From sequence record OR413578.1: a stretch of DNA of 64,000 nucleotides; one strand, given 5' to 3'. The position numbers and the translations under genes are program-made. Of this stretch, positions 9,078-19,316 are shown piece by piece (within the stretch, counting starts at the first letter, position 1; each line of letters opens with the position of its first letter). The notes below the pieces were generated by a model. That model was not told the origin of the DNA, made no database searches, and worked only from the letters and a program-made list of their open reading frames with translations.

Positions 9078-10490
9078 ATGCTATTTTACTCGAAGGAGTC
9101 GGCACTGCTTGTATACGACCAAGTCAATCGGGATAACCCTGATTTAGTTGTTAAGTTGACGCCGGCTATCGCTGCTTTAACCAGCGGCCCAACTTCAGTT
9201 ACGTTAAACCAGCGTAACACCAAAGCTGTTTTCACCGGGTATCCAGGGACAGGTGTACAAGGTAATGTTACCGTGTACTACGACCGGATTAACCTGGCCA
9301 CTTTATTTAATTTTGTGCCGACTGTGGCTATCAAAGATACAGTCTTAACGGTACGAGACGCGCTACCTGCAATAAACGACGCATTGGGGCTTACATTAGT
9401 TGCTTCTGATTTGCAGTCACCTGACGCAAGTTTACCTAAACCGAGCGTTTCGCCGCAGACGTTGAAATTAAATATCTCAGGCAATTGCCCTGCGTTTACA
9501 GGCAGCTTAACGATACGTTATACCGTCCCGAGTGGTGCAATTTACCCCGATTCTGGACCTGGCCCTAAAACGTTGCTGCAAGGTAACACTATCGCGGGTT
9601 ATTTCGGAACAACCAGAACTGCAGAGTTGTTTACACACTCTCAACTTCTTAATGCCACTATATCGGCCGGTGCGTTACCACCGGTACATTCTGGTGCCGA
9701 AGGTTGGTACAAGTTCTTTTACCAGGGTAGGGTTATTTACCTCCCGATCAGTCCTGTCGCTGGCTCCATCTCCTGGAATACGTTATATACAAACGGACTC
9801 GTTTACGGAACAGACGATAATGGTAAATACCCTGCGGCGACGCCCGTTAACCAGGGACGCATCATTAGCTTTACAGGCGCAGACAATAAAAGGTTTTACT
9901 TCCGCGTTCGTCTACCTAGTGCTGGGAAGGACCCATATGTCAGCGGCACCCCAACTGCCGCTGAGTTAGCAGGTAGTGAGTTTGAGATGTTCAACTTTCT
10001 GTATAATGGAACGTGGGACAAACCGATTAACAGTTACTGGTCGCTGTTCTGTTTATTGAAAGATACACTGAACACCAACGTCGCCAATCATCGCATGGCG
10101 ACGTTGTCTGGAGCCAGTTGGACAAACTTAGAAAAATCATCGAGTGCGGGCAACTACTACTGGTTCCCGGTGCTGGAGTTGGTGGATAAGTCCACAGTTA
10201 CCTTGGGTTTAGAAGATATCCATGGTGCGGTAGATTACAGTCTCCAACCGTGCAGCGTGTCCGCAGAAAACACATTTAGTCTCAAGCCGTTAGTGCTCGG
10301 TAATCCGGATACTACCGATTTCGAACCGGTAGTTGTTACTTCAGAAAACAGTTTCGCACTGCATCCGCCTGCTTTAATGCTGCCGAAGACAGTCGACTTC
10401 CAACCTATTGCAGCCGCCGCTGAAATGTATACGCCCCCTGACAAGACAACGTTAACGTCTCTTAACGGTGAACTGGACGGCTTTAAGTAG
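9078..10490 (+). CDS. fibre module 1, gene A1 (family-I N-domain + GPGP domain + NGELDGF tail)
   Basis: VYYDRINL; YPDSGPGPKTLLQG..GYFG; C-end NGELDGFK. Confidence 0.75.
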   Translation: MLFYSKESALLVYDQVNRDNPDLVVKLTPAIAALTSGPTSVTLNQRNTKAVFTGYPGTGVQGNVTVYYDRINLATLFNFVPTVAIKDTVLTVRDALPAINDALGLTLVASDLQSPDASLPKPSVSPQTLKLNISGNCPAFTGSLTIRYTVPSGAIYPDSGPGPKTLLQGNTIAGYFGTTRTAELFTHSQLLNATISAGALPPVHSGAEGWYKFFYQGRVIYLPISPVAGSISWNTLYTNGLVYGTDDNGKYPAATPVNQGRIISFTGADNKRFYFRVRLPSAGKDPYVSGTPTAAELAGSEFEMFNFLYNGTWDKPINSYWSLFCLLKDTLNTNVANHRMATLSGASWTNLEKSSSAGNYYWFPVLELVDKSTVTLGLEDIHGAVDYSLQPCSVSAENTFSLKPLVLGNPDTTDFEPVVVTSENSFALHPPALMLPKTVDFQPIAAAAEMYTPPDKTTLTSLNGELDGFK

Positions 10491-10501
10491 AGGTATCATC
10501 T

Positions 10502-11500
10502 ATGTCTTTTACTTTGCGTTGGAAAAATCCAAACGTAATCCCTACGGTAGTAAAAATCTACCGTAATGTTAAAGATATCACACCAAGCGCTTTGCCTGAA
10601 CCGATTGCAACGCTCTCAAATGGCGAGACAGAATGGCGTGATACCACCGCCACACCAGGCGCAACCTATTATTACCTTCTGACGGTAACCGCCAACGGTA
10701 AAACAGTGGCATCGTCTAGCCAGAAATACACCATTGAGATAAAGCGTGGGATCGGTCCAATGACTATTCTAAACGGTGACGACCGTTTAGGGTTTATGGG
10801 TGCGGTTCCTTACGACGAACAGTGGCTTCCGTCGCAAATGCCACCTGCATTTTTGGCGATGTTCCCTAACCTACTAACCGATCGTGTGGCGTTGTATAAA
10901 TTTACCCGAAACGGGAAGATCTATTACATGCTATCTAGCACGTCGCAGTTCCCGAATACGCCTGTGGACTGGGCTTCCCTCTATCAAGCTGGTTTAGTCT
11001 ATGGTACAGGCGATGCTGGCCCAGAGAACGGCCATGGAACGCTACCAGCCACTCCACAAGACGCTAAGATAGTCCACAAAGGGGATACGTACATTATGCG
11101 TCTTCCTCGCGGCCTGACGACGTCTAGCGAGTCTCCTGCGTATCCTTTCGTAGCTGACTACAATGGGAAAACCCACGATGAAATCGCTTCTCTAACCAAC
11201 CCGTGTGAGTATAACGATTTACTTTACACGATGGTTAACGAGGTGCCGTGGAAACAGCGTTGGGCTAACTGGGCAACGAACAGTTATACTTTTCTGGGGC
11301 AGGGTACTTTGGGAACCTTGGCACAGTATTTCGGCGGTGGTGTTCTCTGTATGGAACACGACACCGCGGAAGACCGTGTGCTCCATCGTGGTATTTTTAA
11401 CAATGCCGGTGGAACACCCGTATCCACGATTCAGCGTATAAACTATTTATCACCCACCACGAAAGGGCGCTACTACCCTATCTTTGAACTGGTCGAGTAA
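10502..11500 (+). CDS. fibre module 1, gene B1 (Ig/FN3-like N-domain + GPGP-type domain)
   Basis: MSFTLRWKN..IYR..NGETEW.D..YYY; RGIGP; LYQAGLVYG; C-end PIFELVE. Confidence 0.75.
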   Translation: MSFTLRWKNPNVIPTVVKIYRNVKDITPSALPEPIATLSNGETEWRDTTATPGATYYYLLTVTANGKTVASSSQKYTIEIKRGIGPMTILNGDDRLGFMGAVPYDEQWLPSQMPPAFLAMFPNLLTDRVALYKFTRNGKIYYMLSSTSQFPNTPVDWASLYQAGLVYGTGDAGPENGHGTLPATPQDAKIVHKGDTYIMRLPRGLTTSSESPAYPFVADYNGKTHDEIASLTNPCEYNDLLYTMVNEVPWKQRWANWATNSYTFLGQGTLGTLAQYFGGGVLCMEHDTAEDRVLHRGIFNNAGGTPVSTIQRINYLSPTTKGRYYPIFELVE

Positions 11501-11509
11501 GGGGCAGTC

Positions 11510-12433
11510 ATGACTATACGGTTAAGCTGGCCGTCCCAAGCCAGCAAAGGTCTTACCGCGATTGAAATCTACCGCAAGGAAGGATGGAACGCAACAATCG
11601 ACGTTTACAACCCAGGCACACCCCACGCCACCTTATCCGGTAGCGCGGTAGAGTTCGTAGATAATATCGATACCCTGACGAAGAATACAACTTATCGTTA
11701 CTGGGTAGCTGCTGTGAAAGATAATGAACGACTTATCGGCAATCCGATTACGCAAGGGTTCTATCCGGACACTGGACCGGGGCCACAAACTATTTTGCGT
11801 GGCGATTGGGCGTCAGGCTATTTCGGTACGGTATCTAATACCGAGTTCTTTAATACTGCCGAGTTAAAACTCATGTTAACCGCGCAGCAGGGAAACATGT
11901 TTACTTACGACCCTCAGGAATGGCACAAGTTTATTTTCCGTGGGCGAATTGTCTTCTTCCCAGCGACGATGCATTCGAAAAGCAACTCGGTACAAATGGC
12001 GTATCAGTACGGCATGATGTACGGGACCGATGATGTCGGAAGTATTGTTCCGCAGGGAGCCACGGCGACTAAACAAGATTGTAAGGTCACGAAGGATGGT
12101 CGTACGTACCGTATCCGATTACCTTACGCAGTCCCGTACGACGCGGCACTCTCAGGACAGGATTACAACAACGGTGAATGGCGAAACACAATGGGCCGTT
12201 TGTATCCTGTCGGTGCACAGTACGCAGCCCTCGGTCTTGGTGCGATTGACTCACTTGAAAGACAAGGCGCGACTGCGCAGCCGAATGAGTCAGGTGCCGC
12301 TGTATTAGCTCCTTTGTGGAGCAACAACATATTCGCTTATGCGTATGGCACCGTGCCTATGGGGATTAGTAACACCGCAGGTGTCGGGAACTCGGCCACG
12401 ATATTCTTTGCTTTTGAATTAGTCTTACCGTAA
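11510..12433 (+). CDS. fibre module 1, gene C1
   Basis: IEIYR..TTYRYWVAAVK; DTGPGPQTILRGDWASGYFG; C-end FELVLP. Confidence 0.75.
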   Translation: MTIRLSWPSQASKGLTAIEIYRKEGWNATIDVYNPGTPHATLSGSAVEFVDNIDTLTKNTTYRYWVAAVKDNERLIGNPITQGFYPDTGPGPQTILRGDWASGYFGTVSNTEFFNTAELKLMLTAQQGNMFTYDPQEWHKFIFRGRIVFFPATMHSKSNSVQMAYQYGMMYGTDDVGSIVPQGATATKQDCKVTKDGRTYRIRLPYAVPYDAALSGQDYNNGEWRNTMGRLYPVGAQYAALGLGAIDSLERQGATAQPNESGAAVLAPLWSNNIFAYAYGTVPMGISNTAGVGNSATIFFAFELVLP

Positions 12434-12446
12434 TGGAGTAAATACC

Positions 12447-13865
12447 ATGGGGTTGTATACAGAACCTTCAATGGAACTGCTCTGCCAACAAATTGTGCGT
12501 GACAATCCCGGTTTAGCAGGAAAAATCACCCCTGACTCCATTGGGGTCAGGGGTGTTCCTGTTGCGAAAAACGTTAACGGACGAAACACTCAGATTACGT
12601 TGGTAGGAAAACCCGGTAAAGGATTTGCTGGGGAAATAACGGTATATTACGACCGGTTGAATCTGGCCAGTCTATTTAAGTCTGGCCCGAATATGGTGAG
12701 TATTCCACGTAGCGCACAAACCCATGCGGAAGCGTTACCGGCGTTCAATGAATTGAACGGGTTGAACTTAACCGCGAGTGACATCACCAGTCCAAACGTT
12801 GCATTAATGAAATACGCTACGCCGGAAACTGTAACTCTGACGGCGCACGCTAACTCCTTGTGTTATACCGGGTCATGCAAGATGACCTATGTTTACGAAC
12901 CGATTGCGATGTATCCGAAGTCGGGTCCTGGGCCAAAAGGATTAATGGCTGGTAATGAGTTATACGGATTCTTTGGGCTGGTAAGCGCGGAAGAGTTATT
13001 CACATCTGATGAAATGGTGTATGCCCTCTATAACGGCACCAACTGGCCTAACCGCTACGCTATCAAGTGGCTCAAATTCTTTCTGAATGGGGCGGTAGTG
13101 TTTGTTCCGACCCGTGCGATTTGCAACGTTACCTGGGCAGACCTGTACAACAAGGGTGCAATATTTGATTCCGGAGACGCAGGACCTCGCCCGAAGTCGA
13201 CTTACACACCTGTCGATGTTGAACAGTTGAAATACATGGTAAAACGGGATGATGAAGGAACGCATTATTTCAGAATGTCTATCCCGTATTACACCGAGAA
13301 CGCCGCCGCGCCTGATTGGAGTAAACCGCCGTCAATCACCTCTATCCTGTCACTGACCAGCAAATTGGGGTCGGTGAACGTATATGGGGAATGGGGAACT
13401 CTTAGCACGACTGATGCTAACTTCCTGGATTACGTGTGGTTACGACACCAGTTCGGTGCCGACCAAGCGTATTACCAGTCTATCAGTGGGAGCTATCGTT
13501 CATACACCTACATCTACACCTCTTCTGGCTTTTGGCCAATCTTGGAGATGTTTGATGTTGCCAATGAACCTGTGCCGTTGATTGACGAAGGTGCAGAATT
13601 AACATGGGCACCGTCCGTGGTTACTCTGACGGACATCGACCAAAACGAATCGCTTCGTGTGGTGCCGATTACGGAAACCTCCGCTACAGCGAATCCACGT
13701 CCTCTGCTTGCCACGACGGACAATGATGAACGTGCATATTCCGTCGCGGTAACAGGCATGGCTACCGTTAAGATTAGACCGATTATTCTCACGACTGACC
13801 AAATCGCCCAACCTTCAAAAATTACTCTGGGCGATACTAACGGTGAGTTGGATGGATTCCAATAA
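12447..13865 (+). CDS. fibre module 2, gene A2
   Basis: Paralog of 9078: YYDRLNL, SGPGPKGL, C-end NGELDGFQ. Confidence 0.75.
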   Translation: MGLYTEPSMELLCQQIVRDNPGLAGKITPDSIGVRGVPVAKNVNGRNTQITLVGKPGKGFAGEITVYYDRLNLASLFKSGPNMVSIPRSAQTHAEALPAFNELNGLNLTASDITSPNVALMKYATPETVTLTAHANSLCYTGSCKMTYVYEPIAMYPKSGPGPKGLMAGNELYGFFGLVSAEELFTSDEMVYALYNGTNWPNRYAIKWLKFFLNGAVVFVPTRAICNVTWADLYNKGAIFDSGDAGPRPKSTYTPVDVEQLKYMVKRDDEGTHYFRMSIPYYTENAAAPDWSKPPSITSILSLTSKLGSVNVYGEWGTLSTTDANFLDYVWLRHQFGADQAYYQSISGSYRSYTYIYTSSGFWPILEMFDVANEPVPLIDEGAELTWAPSVVTLTDIDQNESLRVVPITETSATANPRPLLATTDNDERAYSVAVTGMATVKIRPIILTTDQIAQPSKITLGDTNGELDGFQ

Positions 13866-13877
13866 GAGGTAACGACA

Positions 13878-14867
13878 ATGGCTTTTACAATTCGTTGGAC
13901 GAACAATAACCCTGGGGCTTCGACCGTGAAGCTGTACCGCGACACCAAACCTCTGGAGCGTACGGCATTACCTGAACCTCTGGCAACGTTCACTAACGGG
14001 GAAACTGAGTATACTGACCGAACAGCGATACTGGGGACAACGTATTACTACATGACCACCGTGACAGTGGGAAGCCGGACACTGTTCAGTCCGCAGAAAT
14101 CAATTCTGATTCAGAACCGTCGCGGTATCGGCATCGTGGCTCCACAGTACGGTGATGACCGCTTTGCGTATTACGGGTATGTGGCGTACGGTGAATTGCC
14201 TAGCGCGGCTGATTATCCGCCAGGGTTTGTGGCCCTTTCTGGATTTGACCCAACTGTTAAGCCGGGCTTGATTAAGTTCCAGCTAGACGGTAAAATTCTG
14301 TATCTGTTTAGTGGTCTTCGTGTGAACGGCAACACGCTGTATAGCCGTGATGCGATTTATAACGCGGGTTTGCTATACGGTGTGGCGGGACCTGGTCCGG
14401 AAGGTGGTCATGGTGATTTACCTGACGTTGACCAGGCTGGGGAGTTTACGTGGTTGGGTGACCGCTATCGGATGCGATTGCTGCGCGGTTTAACACTCGA
14501 CAGTGAAAGTCCGGTCATGGCGCTCGATGCACAGTGGGACGGAAAAATCCATGACGCGTCACCGTATACTGCCGATAGCGAATACAACCGACTCATCTAT
14601 GGGATAAGTAGCTGGTTCCCAGCAAAGAAAAAAGTGATGTCCCTGTTAAAGTGGTCGAACATCAGCATATTCGGAAGTGGATCGGTGGTGAGTGGCCGTG
14701 GGGTGCATTGTCAGGAGTTTGACCCAGACCGTAAGTTGGGGCTGACGCGCGGAACAGCGATGACGGATTCCACTGATACCGTGAATAACCTCCAGCATAT
14801 ACACCATGTCGCGGGTGCGACCGTGGGCGGTATTTGGATTCCAGTAATCGAGCTTATCGAGGATTAA
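13878..14867 (+). CDS. fibre module 2, gene B2
   Basis: Paralog of 10502: MAFTIRW, NGETEY, IYNAGLLYG, C-end VIELIED. Confidence 0.75.
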   Translation: MAFTIRWTNNNPGASTVKLYRDTKPLERTALPEPLATFTNGETEYTDRTAILGTTYYYMTTVTVGSRTLFSPQKSILIQNRRGIGIVAPQYGDDRFAYYGYVAYGELPSAADYPPGFVALSGFDPTVKPGLIKFQLDGKILYLFSGLRVNGNTLYSRDAIYNAGLLYGVAGPGPEGGHGDLPDVDQAGEFTWLGDRYRMRLLRGLTLDSESPVMALDAQWDGKIHDASPYTADSEYNRLIYGISSWFPAKKKVMSLLKWSNISIFGSGSVVSGRGVHCQEFDPDRKLGLTRGTAMTDSTDTVNNLQHIHHVAGATVGGIWIPVIELIED

Positions 14868-14869
14868 TC

Positions 14870-15769
14870 ATGCCTATTACATTAAACTTTGCACAACGGA
14901 AGCCACAGGCGCTCGATAACATTGAAATTTATCGCAAGACGCCGGGCAACGCCACCATTGATGTTAATGCACCGGGAACGCCTCTGGCAACCCTTCCGGG
15001 TGACGCTACATCGTACGAAGACAACGCTGTGGAAAACAACACCACTTACCGTTATTGGATAGCTGCGGTTAAAGACGGTGAGCGTGTCTTCAACACCCCT
15101 ACCGCCCAAGGGTTCTTTTTAGACACCGGGCCTGGCCCCCAGAAACTGTTATACGGCGACTGGCACGCTGGATACTTTGGAACAGTAACGCCAGCAGAGT
15201 TATTCACTAACGGGGAACTGAACGGCCTCGTGGTGAATATGTTCAGTTCCGCCGTTGGTGCCTGGCATAAGTTCATTTACAAAAACCGTATTCTGTTTAT
15301 GTCCGATAACTCGATAATATACGCTAGCCCACAGTTCATTTATAACCAGGGGCTGATGTACGGCCAGGATGGCAACGGATATGTACCGGGCTGGGCTACT
15401 GCACGTAACCAACGCCGCACGGTGACGAAAAACGGTTACGAATACGTGGTGCGCTTGCCGTATTTGTTCGACTACAAATACTGGACGTCTTTCGTTGGAA
15501 GCGGTAACTCCGAGTTGTATCTTGACGGTGAGTGGTTTAACACCTTCGCGCGCCTGTACAACTACAGTGGGCAGTTTCCGCGCTTTGACGACATTCCGGT
15601 CGGTCCAATCGATTCGGTTACTGCCCAACAATCTGCATTCTTTGCGGCTATGAATAACATGTACAGTCAGTGGTACAACCGTCCACCTTACCCTGAGTCG
15701 CCGTCGTGGAGTAACTACGGTACCACTACAATACGCTCCATTGCGGTACTTGAACTCGTTCTGCCTTAA
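14870..15769 (+). CDS. fibre module 2, gene C2
   Basis: ATG 14870 after GAGGA; DTGPGPQKLLYGDWHAGYFG; C-end LELVLP. Confidence 0.75.
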   Translation: MPITLNFAQRKPQALDNIEIYRKTPGNATIDVNAPGTPLATLPGDATSYEDNAVENNTTYRYWIAAVKDGERVFNTPTAQGFFLDTGPGPQKLLYGDWHAGYFGTVTPAELFTNGELNGLVVNMFSSAVGAWHKFIYKNRILFMSDNSIIYASPQFIYNQGLMYGQDGNGYVPGWATARNQRRTVTKNGYEYVVRLPYLFDYKYWTSFVGSGNSELYLDGEWFNTFARLYNYSGQFPRFDDIPVGPIDSVTAQQSAFFAAMNNMYSQWYNRPPYPESPSWSNYGTTTIRSIAVLELVLP

Positions 15770-15780
15770 CAGGAGACTTC

Positions 15781-17223
15781 ATGGGATTGTATAGCGCACC
15801 CGAACTGGAATTACTCTGCCAACAAGTCGTAAGGGATAACCTTGAACTCGCAGGAAGAATCAGCGCTGATTCGATTGGGGTGAGGGGTATTCCTGCCGAG
15901 ACCACTAAGAATGGTCGTAACACGGTAATTACGTTGGTAGGTAAACCCGGTAAAGGTTTCTCTGGGGAGTGCACGGTTTATTACGACCGTTTAACATTAT
16001 CAGATCTATTTAAAATAGCTCCGCGCGTCTACGTACCACAAACGGCCAAGACCGTGCGGGATCTTCTCCCAGCTCTACGTGATTTATACGGTGTTTGGTT
16101 ATCTGATAGCAGTGTACAGTCGGTAGACACGCCTATCAAATCGCTGGCAACGCCAACACGTATTAATTTAACCGCGTATAATAGCGTATGCTATCGCGGC
16201 TATATCCCGGTCGATTATTTGAATGAAGCCGTAGGGTACTATCCAGATTCTGGGCCAGGCAATAAATATTTGTTGGCAGGGGACAGCACAAACGGATACT
16301 TCGGTCACGTTTCTCAGCAAGAGTTATTTACCTTTGCTGAACTAAACAACCTAATTCGTCCTGATGTTTCCCCAACGAAAATGACTTTCGAGTGGTTGAA
16401 ATTTTTCAAGGACGGTAAGATTGTTTATCTACCGACTACCGGAACGTTAACAGCAACCTGGACGGCCCTTTATCAAGCGGGTGCCATTTTCGGTACAGGT
16501 GACGCTGGTCCGTATCCAGACGGTATCGAACCTGTTGACCAGGCTTTGATTGTCACGAAAACTGAGAATAACAAGACGCATTATTACCGTGTCTCCGTTC
16601 CGGTTAGCCCTGATTTATCAAAGGCCACACCGTTGTGGCTTATTTCACAACTCGGTGACGGTTCTACGGGTGGCGACTGGGCAAATGACACCACGTTAAC
16701 CAGAACCACCGTCTTCTTCACGCAACAGCTGTTAACCGGGGGTAACCCTGTTAAAGTACAACGTTGCAATATGCGCGGTGGCTCAGTTGAATGGGTAACC
16801 CTTACAGATACCACTTACTGGTGGCCTGTTTTAGAGGAAATCAATAAGGACGACATCGTCTTACCTTTAGCTGATGTGGAAGGGGATGTTGTGTGGCGCG
16901 TTAGGGTTATTCCTAATGTACCATCACCACAACCTGATAGCATTCGCCCTCTTGCAGTCGAGGTTGCGACAACAGATGCGCCGAGACCTCTAGCAACAAC
17001 TGCGGAACAGGTGGAAGAACCTATCAGCCCGATTGTGGTGGGTGAACCAAACGTCGATACTGCGCTGCCGTTATCGACAGTGTCGAACAGCGTAGGTACA
17101 GTTAGGCCGATGGTTGTACTTGAACCACGCGTCGACGCACCGCGTCCACTACCGCCTACTCAGGCAAAACCTCCACTTAAAACAGATTTAGCAACCGCGA
17201 ACGGTGAGTTGAACGGCTTCTAA
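15781..17223 (+). CDS. fibre module 3, gene A3
   Basis: N-terminus close to A2 (MGLY..ELLCQQ.VRDN..AG.I..DSIGVRG); YPDSGPG; C-end NGELNGF. Confidence 0.75.
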   Translation: MGLYSAPELELLCQQVVRDNLELAGRISADSIGVRGIPAETTKNGRNTVITLVGKPGKGFSGECTVYYDRLTLSDLFKIAPRVYVPQTAKTVRDLLPALRDLYGVWLSDSSVQSVDTPIKSLATPTRINLTAYNSVCYRGYIPVDYLNEAVGYYPDSGPGNKYLLAGDSTNGYFGHVSQQELFTFAELNNLIRPDVSPTKMTFEWLKFFKDGKIVYLPTTGTLTATWTALYQAGAIFGTGDAGPYPDGIEPVDQALIVTKTENNKTHYYRVSVPVSPDLSKATPLWLISQLGDGSTGGDWANDTTLTRTTVFFTQQLLTGGNPVKVQRCNMRGGSVEWVTLTDTTYWWPVLEEINKDDIVLPLADVEGDVVWRVRVIPNVPSPQPDSIRPLAVEVATTDAPRPLATTAEQVEEPISPIVVGEPNVDTALPLSTVSNSVGTVRPMVVLEPRVDAPRPLPPTQAKPPLKTDLATANGELNGF

Positions 17224-17233
17224 GGAGTAACAG

Positions 17234-18232
17234 ATGGCTTTCACACTACGCTGGAAAAATGAAAATCCGGCAGGTTCAATTGTTAACATTTATCGGGGCA
17301 CGGCTAAAATAAATACAGCCGCATTACCAGCCCCTATTGCAACTTTAAGTAATGGCGAAACGGAATGGACGGACGAAACCGTTATTCTTAACACCCGTTA
17401 CTGGTATCTTTTAACAGTAACTGTTAACGGTCGTACCGTAGGTAGTCCACAAAAATCCATTGTCATTAAAAACCGTCGTGGTGTGGGTGGCGTCGACCAG
17501 ATTAACTATTCCGATACTGACGACTTGGCGTTTCTGGGGCAGTTGCCGTTCGAAGAACAGATGACCTATGACGCGTTGCCTGCAGGCTTTCGTGCATTAA
17601 CAGGGATATCGGGCACGGGCACGCTAATCATGAACAAGTTTTATCGTCATGGTAAAGTTTACTACATGATGAACAGCGGCGGACGATTTAACTCTACACT
17701 TTACTCGTGGAATGACATTTATAACGCGGGGCTTGTGTACGGTGTTGATGGATTTGGTCCTGATAACGGACGTGGGGATTTGGCAGGTGTTGACCAGAGT
17801 GGGTTGTTTGAATGGCAAGGCGACACCTATCGGATGCGATTGCTGCGCGGTTTAACCGACGGGGACGAACCGACAGTAATGACATTGGATGAATCGTTGC
17901 GAAACGCAGACCATGATGACTTGGAATATGGTCGCTGCGAATATAACGATTTTGTTTATCCGTTCGGAGAATGTATCCCTAACAAACAAATGCTCCCTAA
18001 CTGGACTAATATTAGTCCAGCGTCCATTTATGGGAGCGGTAGCGCTTACCAAGGCAAAGGTTTCTTGTGCCAAGAACGTGATCCTGAATCGGGATTAGTT
18101 CTGGTTCGCGGGTCTGCGCCTATCGATTCAAGCATAACCAATACGTCGAAACGTAACCTCTCCCAAGTTACGTTAGTTGATAGTGCTGAGAAGGTCGGTT
18201 TGTACGCATTCGTTATCGAGTTAGTGGAGTAA
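17234..18232 (+). CDS. fibre module 3, gene B3
   Basis: MAFTLRWKN; NGETEW; WQGDTYRMRLLRGLT shared with B2; C-end VIELVE. Confidence 0.75.
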   Translation: MAFTLRWKNENPAGSIVNIYRGTAKINTAALPAPIATLSNGETEWTDETVILNTRYWYLLTVTVNGRTVGSPQKSIVIKNRRGVGGVDQINYSDTDDLAFLGQLPFEEQMTYDALPAGFRALTGISGTGTLIMNKFYRHGKVYYMMNSGGRFNSTLYSWNDIYNAGLVYGVDGFGPDNGRGDLAGVDQSGLFEWQGDTYRMRLLRGLTDGDEPTVMTLDESLRNADHDDLEYGRCEYNDFVYPFGECIPNKQMLPNWTNISPASIYGSGSAYQGKGFLCQERDPESGLVLVRGSAPIDSSITNTSKRNLSQVTLVDSAEKVGLYAFVIELVE

Positions 18233-18235
18233 AAC

Positions 18236-19138
18236 ATGTCGATTATCTTAAACTGGAAACAACAGCCAGGTCAGACTTTAGATTCCATTGAAATCTATCG
18301 TTACGACAACCCTAGACAAAGTGTTAACCCAGTGGCACCGGGGGAACCTATTGTAACACTACCAGGTAACACAACGACGTACGAGGACACGACCACCGAG
18401 GCGTATAAAACGTATCAATATCGCATCGTGGCGGTAAAGGGCACTGAAAAGGTTATGGGGCTGCCGATTGTACAGGGCGACTTTCCAATGACAGGGCCCG
18501 GCCCACAGGAACTTATTCGTGGCGATTGGCATCGTGGCTACTTTGGCACACTGACAAACGAAGAATTTATTCTTAACCATGCCGAGCTGAATGGTTTAAT
18601 TGGCTTTAATGCCTGGAACCAAGCTCCAACATTGTTCCATAAATTCGTTTTCAAAGGACGCATTCTGTTCATTCCTGACACGGTGACCCGTTTAGGGACG
18701 ACGTGGAACGAACAATACCAGCAAGGTCTGGCCTGGGGAACAGATGACTACGGTTTCCCGCCACGGGGCGTCGCTACCACTAACCAGCGTCGGACATTTA
18801 ATAAAGACGGTTACGAGTATGTGGTACGTTTGCCTCGACTCGGAGACTACAGTTATGGGCACAGCACCTACCTAAGCAGCGGTGGTTATTTTCAAGATGG
18901 CGAGTGGCACAACACGTTCGCAAGCTTGTTCCGCTACGCGGGCGTCGTAAGACGTTTTGGCGACTTACCGACGCGCTCCGGCGGTAGTCCAACCGATTCA
19001 AGCGCAACATTGTTTGCCAACGGTTATGACAACGCCACCCCCTGGTACTATCGCAGCAACTCACCAGACACACCATCGTACACCTCTTCGACCAATAGCG
19101 CGTCGGTAGTCCACGTTATCGAACTGGTTCTTAGCTAA
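18236..19138 (+). CDS. fibre module 3, gene C3
   Basis: TGPGPQELIRGDWHRGYFG; NQRRT..GYEYVVRLP shared with C2; C-end IELVLS. Confidence 0.75.
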   Translation: MSIILNWKQQPGQTLDSIEIYRYDNPRQSVNPVAPGEPIVTLPGNTTTYEDTTTEAYKTYQYRIVAVKGTEKVMGLPIVQGDFPMTGPGPQELIRGDWHRGYFGTLTNEEFILNHAELNGLIGFNAWNQAPTLFHKFVFKGRILFIPDTVTRLGTTWNEQYQQGLAWGTDDYGFPPRGVATTNQRRTFNKDGYEYVVRLPRLGDYSYGHSTYLSSGGYFQDGEWHNTFASLFRYAGVVRRFGDLPTRSGGSPTDSSATLFANGYDNATPWYYRSNSPDTPSYTSSTNSASVVHVIELVLS

Positions 19139-19149
19139 CAGGAGCTAAT

Positions 19150-19272
19150 ATGGGGTTTTACTCATCCACTGCACTTGAGCTGTTGTGTCGGCTCATTCAG
19201 CGGGATAATCCCCAACACGCAGGTCGAATCAGCTGGAGTTAAAGGGATAGCGTACTTCACCATAACAGCTAA
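19150..19272 (+). pseudogene. truncated remnant of a fourth A gene
   Basis: GGAG RBS, then MGFYSSTALELLCRLIQRDNPQHAGRISWS* (19150-19242), matching the A2/A3 N-termini; GVKGI (=GVRGI of A3) continues in a shifted frame. Confidence 0.8.
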
Positions 19273-19305
19273 AAATAGGCCCTGAAGGGCCTATTTTCTT
19301 TTTTT
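19272..19305 (+). terminator. intrinsic terminator
   Basis: AAAATAGGCCC-TGAA-GGGCCTATTTT followed by a T-tract. Confidence 0.9.
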
Positions 19306-19316
19306 AGGACGTTGCA

